The notes beneath the pieces are model-generated. The model was not told where the DNA came from and made no database searches. It worked only from the letters and a program-made list of their open reading frames with translations. From positions 2,432,001 through 2,496,000 of the forward strand of contig OZ244252.1 in NCBI GenBank assembly GCA_965217185.1: 64,000 nt of DNA. The letters run 5' to 3'. A program made the position numbers and the translations under genes. This document shows positions 42,936 to 51,604 of this stretch, one piece after another; within the stretch, counting starts at the first letter, position 1, and each line of letters begins with the position of its first letter. Source of the stretch: an uncultured Candidatus Entotheonella sp. (GTDB taxonomy: Bacteria > Tectomicrobia > Entotheonellia > Entotheonellales > Entotheonellaceae).

Positions 42936-43913
42936 ATGCGGGAATACATCATTAAACGTCTGTTGCAGGTCATCCCGACCGTCCTGATGATCACCCTCGT
43001 GGTGTTCGCCATGATGCAGGCCATTCCCGGCGATCCGCTGATGGCCCTGCTGGGCGATGCCTATGATGAGGAAGACGCCCAGTTGTTGCGCCAGGAATAC
43101 GGCCTGGACAAGCCAATCATTTCGCAATACCTCATCTGGCTGGGGAAGCTGCTGCAGGGCGATTGGGGCGAATCGTTCATCAGCGCCCGCCCGGTGCTGC
43201 AGGACGTCCTGATGCGCTTGCCGGTCACCGCCGAGTTGATCGTCTTGGCCATGCTGGTGGCGCTGCTCATCGCCATCCCGGCCGGCACCATCGCGGCGTT
43301 GCGCCAGAACACCTGGGGCGACTACACCGCCATGTCCACCGCCCTGGTGGGCATTTCGATTCCCGATTTCTTTCTCGGTATTCTATTGCTGTTGGTCTTC
43401 TCGGTATCCTTTAACGGGCTGCTGCCGAGTTCCGGCTGGGTGTACCTGCCGGGCACGTGCCAGAGCCTCATCTGCGAGGCCAGCGTGTGGGGCAATCTGA
43501 AGCACGTCATGATGCCCGCCATCGCCCTCGGGGTCGGGCGGGCGGCCATCCTGACGCGACTGCTGCGTGCCAGTCTGCTCGAAATCATCCGCATGGAATA
43601 CGTCACCACGGCGCGTGCCAAGGGTTTGGCGGAGAGGCTGGTGATTCTGAAGCACGCCCTGAAAAACGCCCTCATCCCCACAGTCACCATCATGGGCCTG
43701 CAGGTCGGCTTCATGATCGGCGGGGCGATTGTCGTCGAAACCCTGTTTGCCATTCCCGGCCTGGGCACCTACGGCATCAACGCCATCATTCTGCGCGATT
43801 ACCAGCAGGTGCAGGGCTTCATCCTGCTGGTGGCGGTGTGTTTTGTGGTCATCAACGTATTGGTCGATCTGACCTACTCGCTCCTGGATCCGCGCATCCG
43901 GTACAACACTTAG
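42936..43913 (+). CDS. ABC permease (DppB-like)
   Basis: PGDP, YVTTARAKG, HALKNA, DPRI. Confidence 0.92.
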   Translation: MREYIIKRLLQVIPTVLMITLVVFAMMQAIPGDPLMALLGDAYDEEDAQLLRQEYGLDKPIISQYLIWLGKLLQGDWGESFISARPVLQDVLMRLPVTAELIVLAMLVALLIAIPAGTIAALRQNTWGDYTAMSTALVGISIPDFFLGILLLLVFSVSFNGLLPSSGWVYLPGTCQSLICEASVWGNLKHVMMPAIALGVGRAAILTRLLRASLLEIIRMEYVTTARAKGLAERLVILKHALKNALIPTVTIMGLQVGFMIGGAIVVETLFAIPGLGTYGINAIILRDYQQVQGFILLVAVCFVVINVLVDLTYSLLDPRIRYNT

Positions 43914-44039
43914 GCTCGTGACTCACAGGAGAGCTTTAATCCGCACGTTACGACATTCCCCCGTTACGAAATGCCCCCTGGATTGGGGGTAGGGGACCGC
44001 GGAACTCAACCTTTGCGATTTCCCGAAGTGCGGCCAGGA

Positions 44040-44072
44040 GTAGGTCGGATTAGCCGCAGGCGTAATCCGACA
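44040..44072 (+). repeat. GTAG-type REP palindrome
   Basis: GTAGGTCGGATTAGCCGCAGGCGTAATCCGACA; related copies at 52.2, 59.6-59.9 and 62.8 kb. Confidence 0.8.
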
Positions 44073-44190
44073 TTCCGCTGTCCCTCTCCCCTGGCGGAGG
44101 GCAGGGGCAGCCAGCATGAGACGCTACCGAAATTCCTCAGTGCCTAATGCAATCGGTTTGTTACACGCACAGCGAACAGGAGGGTCCACG

Positions 44191-45138
44191 ATGAAGAGCC
44201 AGGTGCTGAACGGCGCAACCAACGGCAGCGCCGCCACCGCGGTGATCGAACCGGCAACGCCGGTGAGGCAGGCAAGCCCGCCTTCGGAATCGCTGTTGGC
44301 CCAGACCGCGCGACGGCTGAAGCGCAGTTACACGGCGCTCTTTGGGTTGGGTACCGTGGTACTGCTGATCCTGGTAGCGATTTTCGCCGACGTCCTGGCG
44401 CCGTACGATCCGGTGGTCAATTCCATGAACGAGATGTTCCAGGCCCCGAGTAGCGCACACTGGCTGGGCACCGATCAGTTCGGGCGCGACATGTTGAGCC
44501 GCATCATCCACGGCAGCCGGGTGTCACTGGCCGTCGGCCTGGCCTCCGTGTTGCTGGCCGTCTTCGTCGGCGTGCCGCTCGGCATCATCGGCGGCTTCTA
44601 TGGCGGCAAGGCCGACACCCTCATCATGCGTTCCATGGACCTCATTCTCGCCTTCCCCGTCTTCCTGCTGGCCATCATCATCATGATCATGTTTACGCCG
44701 ACCGCCGGACTGCTCGGCGCCATGAAGGTCATCATGGCCATCGGCATCGTGCGCATTCCCATCTATGCCCGGCTGGTGCGCGGCAGCGTGCTGTCCATCA
44801 AGGAAAAGGAATACGTCGAAGCCTGCCACGCCCTCGGCCAGCGCGACCCCAAGATTCTGCTGCGGCATATCCTCCCCAATTGCATGGCGCCGATCATCGT
44901 CACCGGCACCCTCAGCATCGCCACCGCCATCATCGTGGAAGCCTCCCTCAGCTTCCTCGGCCTGGGCACCCAGCCGCCAACCCCAAGCTGGGGCTGGGAC
45001 CTGAAGGCCAACGTCGCCTGGATTCAGCAAACCCCGTGGCTGGCGCTTGGTCCCGGCTTCGCCATTTTCATCACCGTCCTGGGTTTCAACCTGTTCGGCG
45101 ACGGCCTGCGCGACGCGCTGGACCCGCGGCTCAAGTAA
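44191..45138 (+). CDS. ABC permease (DppC-like)
   Basis: LGTDQFGRD, HILPN, LSFLGLG, GDGLRDALDP; AGGAGG RBS. Confidence 0.92.
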   Translation: MKSQVLNGATNGSAATAVIEPATPVRQASPPSESLLAQTARRLKRSYTALFGLGTVVLLILVAIFADVLAPYDPVVNSMNEMFQAPSSAHWLGTDQFGRDMLSRIIHGSRVSLAVGLASVLLAVFVGVPLGIIGGFYGGKADTLIMRSMDLILAFPVFLLAIIIMIMFTPTAGLLGAMKVIMAIGIVRIPIYARLVRGSVLSIKEKEYVEACHALGQRDPKILLRHILPNCMAPIIVTGTLSIATAIIVEASLSFLGLGTQPPTPSWGWDLKANVAWIQQTPWLALGPGFAIFITVLGFNLFGDGLRDALDPRLK

Positions 45139-45197
45139 GCCGCCCTTCCGTTCCAGGAACTGGTTCTTGTGACCGGTGGAATCCGGGTTCTGGGGGT

Positions 45198-45354
45198 TAG
45201 CGCACTTTCGGTTCTCATTGCATTGCTTGCACTGCGATGAGTTCCCCCCACCGGCTCGCCTGCGGGCTGCGCCCTTGTTTCGCCGACTCCCCCTCAAGGG
45301 GGGAGTGATGGAGGGTGACGAACGAGCAAGTCAGATTGATCCGAAAATGCTCTA
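45198..45354. mobile_element. MITE-like repeat
   Basis: Imperfect terminal inverted repeats TAGCGCACTTTCGGTTC / GATCCGAAAATGCTCTA enclosing an ACTCCCCCTCAAGGGGGGAGT palindrome. Confidence 0.55.
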
Positions 45355-45469
45355 GCGCACCGCCCTGACCCGCGTGATTTTGGGTTCTCTTTGGTTTGCT
45401 GTAGGCGATCCATGAGGGGGCCGACATGGGAGGAGATTACAATAAGGATTGCAGAAAGGTACCTAACCC

Positions 45470-45509
45470 CCCTTATCGGGTGCGCCTTCCACGGCGCACC
45501 CGATAAGGG
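45470..45509. repeat. 17-bp perfect inverted repeat built from two group II intron exon/5'-end junctions
   Basis: CCCTTATCGGGTGCGCC-TTCCAC-GGCGCACCCGATAAGGG; GCGCCTTCCACGGCGCACCCGATAA recurs at 47719-47743. Confidence 0.85.
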
Positions 45510-45523
45510 ACGCTATGTCAATT
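45496..45523 (+). other. dif-like XerC/D site
   Basis: GCACCCGATAA-GGGACG-CTATGTCAATT; 11-6-11 layout, right arm 8/11 to E. coli XerD arm TTATGTTAAAT. Confidence 0.55.
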
Positions 45524-45541
45524 TACGTGCGCCCTGTAAGC

Positions 45542-45859
45542 TCAGGCGATAGCACTTAGGCCCTTCTCCTGAACCAATGTTAGGAGCTTGAGCGAAGCCC
45601 CGGCAGGACGCTTCACGCCGCGTTCCCATTGGCTAATCAGACCCGTCGAAACATTCAGGTGCCGAGCAAAAACCGCTTGGCTCACTCGTTCGCGTTCGCG
45701 CAACGTACTGATTTGGTCCGGCTGCATCTGGCGTATAGGTGTCAGACAAAGGGCATCGAATTTCCGCAACGTCTGCTTATCCATGAGACCTGCCTCATGA
45801 AGATCGGATGCGGTTTCGTGGATTGCCCCGAGGGCGTCACTTCGATATGTCTTCCCCAT
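45542..45859 (-). CDS. HigA-like XRE/HTH antitoxin
   Basis: AIHETASDL..G, SQAVFARHLNV, QWERG.KRP.G.SLKLL. Confidence 0.88.
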   Translation of the reverse strand: MGKTYRSDALGAIHETASDLHEAGLMDKQTLRKFDALCLTPIRQMQPDQISTLRERERVSQAVFARHLNVSTGLISQWERGVKRPAGASLKLLTLVQEKGLSAIA

Positions 45860-46229
45860 GATGTTTCGTTACCTCTTTCAATTTCTTGCAGTCCAGCACT
45901 TTGGCAAGATCTGCTTCGTCATAGCCAAACATTTCATCCGCCAAGCTTCTGAAGCCCTCCAAATCGTCTCGTCGAAGGTTGCTACGGTTGCTCTTCGCAA
46001 AACCGTAGACAAAAAAAGCGTTGTCACCGGAACGGAACAGGATAATCGACCTGAAGCCGCCAGACCTCCCTTCGTTTCGGCGCGCGACTCTCTGTTTTAT
46101 CACGCCACCTCCGAGATCGGCGTCAATCAACCCTTTGTTGGCCCTGGCAATTGCGTCGTATAAAGCCGAGTTCTCAATCCCTTGTTGTTTAGCAAAGCGC
46201 TCGAACCATGTCGTTAGAAAAATCCTCAT
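45837..46229 (-). CDS. RelE/ParE-superfamily toxin (HigB-2/DUF1044-like)
   Basis: ADLGGGVIKQRVAR..GRSGGFR, FFVYGFAKS; overlaps antitoxin in toxin-first order. Confidence 0.88.
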   Translation of the reverse strand: MRIFLTTWFERFAKQQGIENSALYDAIARANKGLIDADLGGGVIKQRVARRNEGRSGGFRSIILFRSGDNAFFVYGFAKSNRSNLRRDDLEGFRSLADEMFGYDEADLAKVLDCKKLKEVTKHHGEDISK

Positions 46230-46308
46230 TGCTTAGAGTCTTTATGGCTAAAGAAAATTCATTAGAAGTCAGAATTCAATACGATCCATTGCTTGCACTG
46301 GCCAGCGT

Positions 46309-46337
46309 AGTATGATACCTAGTTCTATAAAACACAA
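46309..46337 (-). promoter_or_regulatory. candidate sigma70 promoter of the TA operon
   Basis: Minus strand TTGTGT-N17-CATACT about 80 bp upstream of the toxin ATG. Confidence 0.4.
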
Positions 46338-46460
46338 TAGAATATCTTGTCGCAACGGGCGAGTACAAGTGGGTGCTTGTACCGTTTGCCGTTAATTACA
46401 TGCAGATTTCAGGGCCTCCGATTACTGCCGCGGATAGGTTTTGGAGCAGAGCCAGACGCA

Positions 46461-46488
46461 ACTTCGCATAAGGGCAGTTATGTCGCCT
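46461..46488 (+). other. dif-like XerC/D site
   Basis: ACTTCGCATAA-GGGCAG-TTATGTCGCCT; CGCATAA-N6-TTATGT core identical to the E. coli dif core. Confidence 0.65.
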
Positions 46489-46557
46489 TCGGGACACCAG
46501 GTCACCTTTTCCGGGGTGTCCGGGAAGGGTTGACCCCAGTTCAAATTGGAGAACAAC

Positions 46558-46941
46558 ATGTCCAAGAACGCAACAGGATACGAAGCCGCTTGTAGCTTCC
46601 ATGACACTCACTATGAAGTGATCGGCGCATGGATTCTGGAACCAGGGAAGAAAATCACATTGGGCAAACAAGACAATCAAGTATGTCGGTTTTGCGGGCA
46701 GGGTTGTCCTGGGGTCACCTTTAAGAAAAAGGCACACGCCATACCGGAATCTCTTGGAAACAAAAGCCTCTACACCACTTATGAATGTGATGCATGCAAC
46801 CAGATGTTCGGCCAAGGAATCGAAAACGACTTTGGCAACTGGTCAAAACCAATGCGAAATTTTGCTGGAACAAGGGGTAAGAGGAGTGTGCCAACAATCA
46901 AAATGGAGTCTGCGGGAGGTTCGCAAGGTGGATTCGAACCG
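46558..46941 (+). pseudogene. HNH endonuclease, 3'-truncated at the group II intron
   Basis: CRFC..KKKAHAIPESLGN..ECDACN..FG; sequence then switches to antisense intron RNA domains. Confidence 0.75.
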
Positions 46942-47736
46942 ATGGAGATTGCGATACAACTCGCCGCTCTCCGAACCGAGCAGGCGGATTTACCGCACTC
47001 GGCTCTCCAGTGGGGATCATGCCTCTCGCACACGGAACACCCTGGCAACCGCGCACAGCAGGTGATCTTGCGAAAGCGGCACGACTTCCGCCCTGCGGCG
47101 CGCGGCGCTTTCAGTGGACCGCCGAGCCTGTTGACGCCTCGACGACCCCGCGCCTTGAAGGGGCGCGGCTCCTTCACTTGGGCATGTGATGCTGCCGGGT
47201 TTTCCGGTCATTGTTCGGGTAATAGGCTTGGCCACTCCCGAGGCCCTTCTCCCTTTGGACATCGCTCCTCACCTGAGGCCCCTTCCCTCCACCGGCATTA
47301 CCCGGTTTCCCCGGTACTGCGGGCCTCTCCGCCACCCTCACCGGCCCAACCTGACCCTCGCGGGCTTGTCAGTTGGCACGTGCCACGCCACCGGCCAGGG
47401 CTTCCCGTGTTGCGTCCATTCCCCTCTTCCATGCGTGCTGCCGCCACTACCCCGGCGGAACCCGTCGGTGCGTGTGTCGCTCACTTCCCGACCGGTGTCA
47501 GCCTTCCCCGTTATCAGGGCGGGTCGGCTTCCGCGTCATACCCCTTTCGAGGCCTGCTCGGCGTTTACTCGCGTTGCGGCCCGCATGGTCGCTAAGCCGC
47601 CCTTGGCGGCCCGTTACATCGGAGTGCTTCAGACGATGTCGTTACCTCCATCATCCGCTCCGACTGCTACCGGCTGGAACGACAGTTGCCGGGCGGGATT
47701 CGCACCCGCTGAAGAATGGCGCCTTCCACGGCGCAC
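46942..47736 (-). mobile_element. ORF-less (non-autonomous) group II intron
   Basis: 5' GTGCG at 47736; DIII-type GCAGTACCGGGGAAACCGGGTAATGCCGGTGGAGGGAAGGGG; domain V GAGCCGAGTGCGGTAAATCCGCCTGCTCGGTTC (46973-47005); EBS1 CTGATAA (47511-47517) pairs with the 5' exon TTATCGG; 3' end uncertain. Confidence 0.88.
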
Positions 47737-47835
47737 CCGATAAAGGGGGGTTGGGGGTTGTACGATGGCTCAATCGTCACGTCGGCCGTCCTGGTTTGGC
47801 CCTCGTTACCCTCTTCAGGGGATGCGAAATTGTCC

Positions 47836-50328
47836 CTACGGCCACAGGAAGTCCGCCGCCAACAGGTCCGCCACCGCGATGCCTTCCAGCCGCACCGTGC
47901 CGCCGCCGTGGGCGCGCAGGTCCAGGATCGTGGCGCTGCCGTCCGCCGTCAGCGTCAGCGACGCGAAACCCTCAAGGCCCGCGAAGGCGCTCAGGTCGAT
48001 GCGGTCGCCCTCCTCGGGGGTGAAGTCGGTGATCGTGTCGGCGCCGTCACCGGCGGCGAACACGAACGTATCGGCGCCCGTACCGCCCGTCAGGGTGTCC
48101 GCGCCGCCGTCGCCGTAGAGCTCGTCGTCACCGCCGCCGCCGTACAGATCGTCGTCACCCGACGCCGCGCCGCTGTCGTCGTCGTCGCCGTAGAGCACGT
48201 CGTCGTCGCCGCCCTTGCCGGACAGGGTATCGTCGCCGCCGTCGCCGAGCAGCACGTCATCACCCGCTTGCCCGCTCAGCGTGTCGTCGTCTGCGGTACC
48301 GGTGAGGCGCCGCGCGGTCGCCGGACCCAGCACCGTCGTCGATATCGTCGCCGACAGCGCCTGCCCGTCGCTGGTGCACACCGCCCCGGCGGTGCCGCAG
48401 GCGCGGCCCCCGGCGAGCGTCACCGTCACGTCGGCAAGCGAACCCGGCTTGACCGTCACCTTCCACAGGTCCTTGCGCCGGTCCACCCGCTTCGCCCCGG
48501 TCGCGCTCCCGCCGGACACCGATAACGACTGGTCGCGGAACGTCTGGAGGCTGATCGAGATGCCCTCGTTGAACGCGATCCTGAGCTTGAACGCCGTCTC
48601 CCCGTCATGCTCATAGGGCGTCTCCGCGAAACTCGCGGTCAGCGCCGCGGGTGCGGCCTCGGCCACCGTCGCCGCCGGCGTGTTGGCGAGCTGCCGCCGG
48701 TTCCCGCCCCGGGTGCAGATCGCCCCGGAGACCGCGCACTCGCGCCCGCCCGGCAGCGTGATCGTCACGTCTCCGTCCGAGCCCGGCGCCACCGTGATTT
48801 TCCACAGGTCGTGGCGCCCGTCCACCCGGCGCGCCTTGGTCACCTCGCCCCCGTCCACCGTGAACGAATCGTCGCGCATCGACCGGAAGCCGATGCCGAT
48901 GTCCTCGCTGAACGCCACCCGGAAGCGGAACGCGCTCTCCCCGTCATGCGACGCCGGCAGCCCCTCGAACGCCGCCGTCAGCGCTGGCTGCTGGGTCTCG
49001 GGACCCGGGCCGAGCACGATGCCCGCCGCCCCGCCGGACAGGGCTCTGCCGTCCGACGTGCAGACCGCGCCGTCCGCCGCGCAGTCCGCCGCCGGGGCCA
49101 GAGTGATCGACAGATCCTCGCGGCTGTCCGGCGTGACCGTGATCGCCCACACGCCGCTCTCCCCGCCGCCGCGGGCCGCGCCGGTCGCCGCGCCGCCCGC
49201 CACCGTCAGGACGCGCGTGCGCATGGCCTCGGGCGTGACCGCGACCGCCTCGCTGAAGGCGAGCCGGAAGGTGAACGCGGTCTCCCCGTCGTGCGTCGCC
49301 GGCAGCCCCTCGAACGCCGCCGTCAGCGGCTCCGCCACGCTGGCTTGGGCGGATGAGTCATCCGACGTCTCTTGCTGGGAGGTCTCCTCGGCACCTCGAC
49401 CTACACCAGCATGGGAAAGCAAGCCGGGACCATAGCTAGTAGCAAGACCAATGGTGCCAGTGGGAAGACCATCTTCGTGGTGGTGGTGCTGGCCGGGCGG
49501 CAGGTAAAAAACGTGATAGACATGGCTATGGGACCGATGTCTATGTAATACATAGTCATCATGCTCGTGGTTTATCTCAGGATGACTATGTACATCATCA
49601 GGACCATACCCCTCTAATGGGCCAGTAATGGGTGGATCCTGTCTTGCTACCCCGCTGTGTCTGGATCCCGTTGGATCGGCCACCTCATTATGTTTGTGAT
49701 TCACATACCATTCACCATCCCCACCATTGACGCGATGTGCGTGTGCCAGGGACTCTATGCCAAACGAAAAATGACCGTTCTCTCTAAACAAACCCTCGTC
49801 ATAATAATTACTATCGCGGGCATGACGATGACGTTCATACTCTAATTGAGAATCGGATCCAACTGCGTGGCCATGCCACGGGCCCAGTCCCAGTTCTCCG
49901 GCAATGGTGTCTTGCTCATGGGTTCCGGATTCCTCTACGTCTGGATGCTCATGGTTCCAATGAATATGTGGCATATACCAGGTTTGTTTTACCCTTCCGT
50001 CACCATTCTCGTTGTAGATCGGGCTGCCTTCTAAGATCGCGTCTTCGTCTTCTGCGCCTTCTGGGGCGTTTGGGTCGCGGTCTCTCCAGCGATCGAAGGT
50101 TCTGTCGTCATCGTCACGGGCGCCGTCGTTATTACCAGAAGGGTCTATAACATCAAAAGCAAAATTGAACCACATCGTATCACTCTTCTTATAGTGGTCG
50201 TGCCGTTGGTGACTTCTACTTGCTGCGTGAGAAGTTCTGGCGTTGTGTCCGCTTGTCTCGTGTGCGCCAGCGTAGTTGGCGACGCAGAGCACGGCGATCG
50301 CTAAAGCGATAGAAGCTAAGTTTTTCAT
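47836..50328 (-). CDS. secreted protein: signal peptide, His-rich domain, three Ig-like/Cys-pair repeats, RTX Ca-binding tail
   Basis: AGGAG RBS, MKNLASIALAIAVLCVANYAGA; 3x LTA.F...P..HDGE.AF..R.AF.E; GGxGxD nonamers and DTITDF...DRIDL C-terminus. Confidence 0.8.
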   Translation of the reverse strand: MKNLASIALAIAVLCVANYAGAHETSGHNARTSHAASRSHQRHDHYKKSDTMWFNFAFDVIDPSGNNDGARDDDDRTFDRWRDRDPNAPEGAEDEDAILEGSPIYNENGDGRVKQTWYMPHIHWNHEHPDVEESGTHEQDTIAGELGLGPWHGHAVGSDSQLEYERHRHARDSNYYDEGLFRENGHFSFGIESLAHAHRVNGGDGEWYVNHKHNEVADPTGSRHSGVARQDPPITGPLEGYGPDDVHSHPEINHEHDDYVLHRHRSHSHVYHVFYLPPGQHHHHEDGLPTGTIGLATSYGPGLLSHAGVGRGAEETSQQETSDDSSAQASVAEPLTAAFEGLPATHDGETAFTFRLAFSEAVAVTPEAMRTRVLTVAGGAATGAARGGGESGVWAITVTPDSREDLSITLAPAADCAADGAVCTSDGRALSGGAAGIVLGPGPETQQPALTAAFEGLPASHDGESAFRFRVAFSEDIGIGFRSMRDDSFTVDGGEVTKARRVDGRHDLWKITVAPGSDGDVTITLPGGRECAVSGAICTRGGNRRQLANTPAATVAEAAPAALTASFAETPYEHDGETAFKLRIAFNEGISISLQTFRDQSLSVSGGSATGAKRVDRRKDLWKVTVKPGSLADVTVTLAGGRACGTAGAVCTSDGQALSATISTTVLGPATARRLTGTADDDTLSGQAGDDVLLGDGGDDTLSGKGGDDDVLYGDDDDSGAASGDDDLYGGGGDDELYGDGGADTLTGGTGADTFVFAAGDGADTITDFTPEEGDRIDLSAFAGLEGFASLTLTADGSATILDLRAHGGGTVRLEGIAVADLLAADFLWP

Positions 50329-50660
50329 GATAGGTCTCCTTCTGAGAAGAGCGGCCCAGGGCCTCCCGGACATGCCGCTGAGGCGCTGTGCCTGCATGGC
50401 CCGCTCCTCTTCACGTGCAAAGCCGTTCGCAGTTTCGACCTCGCCCGTCGCCGAACTTCCTGCCGTCACACTGCCTGTCGCGCTGATCCTGTCGGGCACG
50501 CTGTGCTCCTCCGTTTGTGAGATGGATGCGGTCTTCCCCGCCGGCAGAATCTCTGATCACGTCGTTGCCGTGACCAGGGGCGCCGATTGCCCACACGCCG
50601 GAGGCGCACTATACACGAAACACGAAAATTAAAAAACGAAATACATCCCATATGGGAGAA

Positions 50661-50866
50661 TAGTGGCTCAGCTTGAAAAGACTGGCTCACGTGTCCCAGA
50701 CGGGTTGCACGTTCGGTCGTCCGGCGCCGGTTTCCCCCTCACCCCGACCCTCTCCCATCAGGGAGAGGGGGAGATCCCCAGTCCGGGTCCCCTCCCCCTC
50801 CGTGGGGGAGGGCTAGGGAGAGGGGGAAGCGTTGGCGTGAGAAGGAAATTTGAAAGTGAGCCACTA
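50661..50866. mobile_element. MITE-like repeat containing C/G-rich palindromes
   Basis: 10-bp inverted ends TAGTGGCTCA / TGAGCCACTA; internal CCCTCTCCC..GGGAGAGGG and CCCTCCCCC..GGGGGAGGG hairpins. Confidence 0.55.
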
Positions 50867-50965
50867 CCCAGGGCTCTTAGGTGGCCTTCAGGGCATGGAA
50901 ATTCCCACGAAAAGCCTGCCCTCGACTCCGATCGGGGGCGGGCATCCGCTGGCTGTCAATGGATA

Positions 50966-50989
50966 TGCCGGGTCAAGCCCGGCATGACG
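50966..50989. repeat. REP-like palindrome
   Basis: TGCCGGGTCAAGCCCGGCATGAC hairpin; a second hairpin CCTGCCCTCGA..TCGGGGGCGGG lies just upstream. Confidence 0.5.
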
Positions 50990-51208
50990 TGCAGGGCGGG
51001 GCCTATGCCTCTGGACGATGGCGTTCTGGCGGCAACTGTTGGAAGAGACGCCTCAAGATGCGTCAACAAGTTGCCAGGTGCGTAACATCATTTAGCCAAC
51101 TTGGAGGATTTTGGCGTTGCGACGCCTGCCCCAAACCCTTGTACTGCCAGACGGCAACAGGAGTCAGGTCTGATCGGGGTTGGGGTTTTGTAAGCGCCAG
51201 GAGCAGAA

Positions 51209-51553
51209 ATGGAAACAAGCGAGGAAGTGACCTTCAAGGAATTTCAGCGGGTTCGTATTCACGCTGGCACCATCGTTGAGGCGGCGCCGAACCTGCGGGC
51301 GAGGGTGCCGGCCTATGTGTTGCGAATCGACTTCGGGCCGCTCGGGCGGCGAACGAGCTCGGCACAGATCACCCATCACTACACGCCGCAGGATTTGATC
51401 GGGAGGCAGGTTGTGGCGGTGATGAACTTCCCGCCGAAACGGGTGGCAGGCGTCAAATCCGAGGTGCTGGTGCTGGGTGCCGTCAATGAGGATGGGAGCG
51501 TGGTGCTCCTGCATCCGTCCTTTCCGGTCGCCAACGGCACCCCCGTGGCCTGA
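51209..51553 (+). CDS. csaA: tRNA-binding / export chaperone CsaA
   Basis: IDFGPLG..SSAQIT, VMNFPPKRVAG.KSEVLVLG. Confidence 0.9.
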   Translation: METSEEVTFKEFQRVRIHAGTIVEAAPNLRARVPAYVLRIDFGPLGRRTSSAQITHHYTPQDLIGRQVVAVMNFPPKRVAGVKSEVLVLGAVNEDGSVVLLHPSFPVANGTPVA

Positions 51554-51604
51554 TCGTCACGGCATAGAAAGTGGAGATGGCGGCGTGGGGCGGTGGGAAG
51601 GGCG

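Noticed and set aside
46461..46488. The true chromosomal dif site
   Set aside because: GC-rich spacer, degenerate outer XerD arm and multiple nearby copies argue for accessory sites; this cannot be settled without the whole genome.
46930..46940. GGTTCGAATCC on the minus strand, like a tRNA T-loop
   Set aside because: No 5-bp T-stem, acceptor stem or cloverleaf around it.
46546..47595. 349-aa ORF as a full-length protein
   Set aside because: Only the first part (about 130 codons) is HNH-like; the rest is read-through across the antisense strand of the intron.
47733..47760. Fourth dif-like site at the intron 5' flank
   Set aside because: It has the CCGATAA arm, but the right side (GTTGGGGGTTG) does not resemble a XerD arm.
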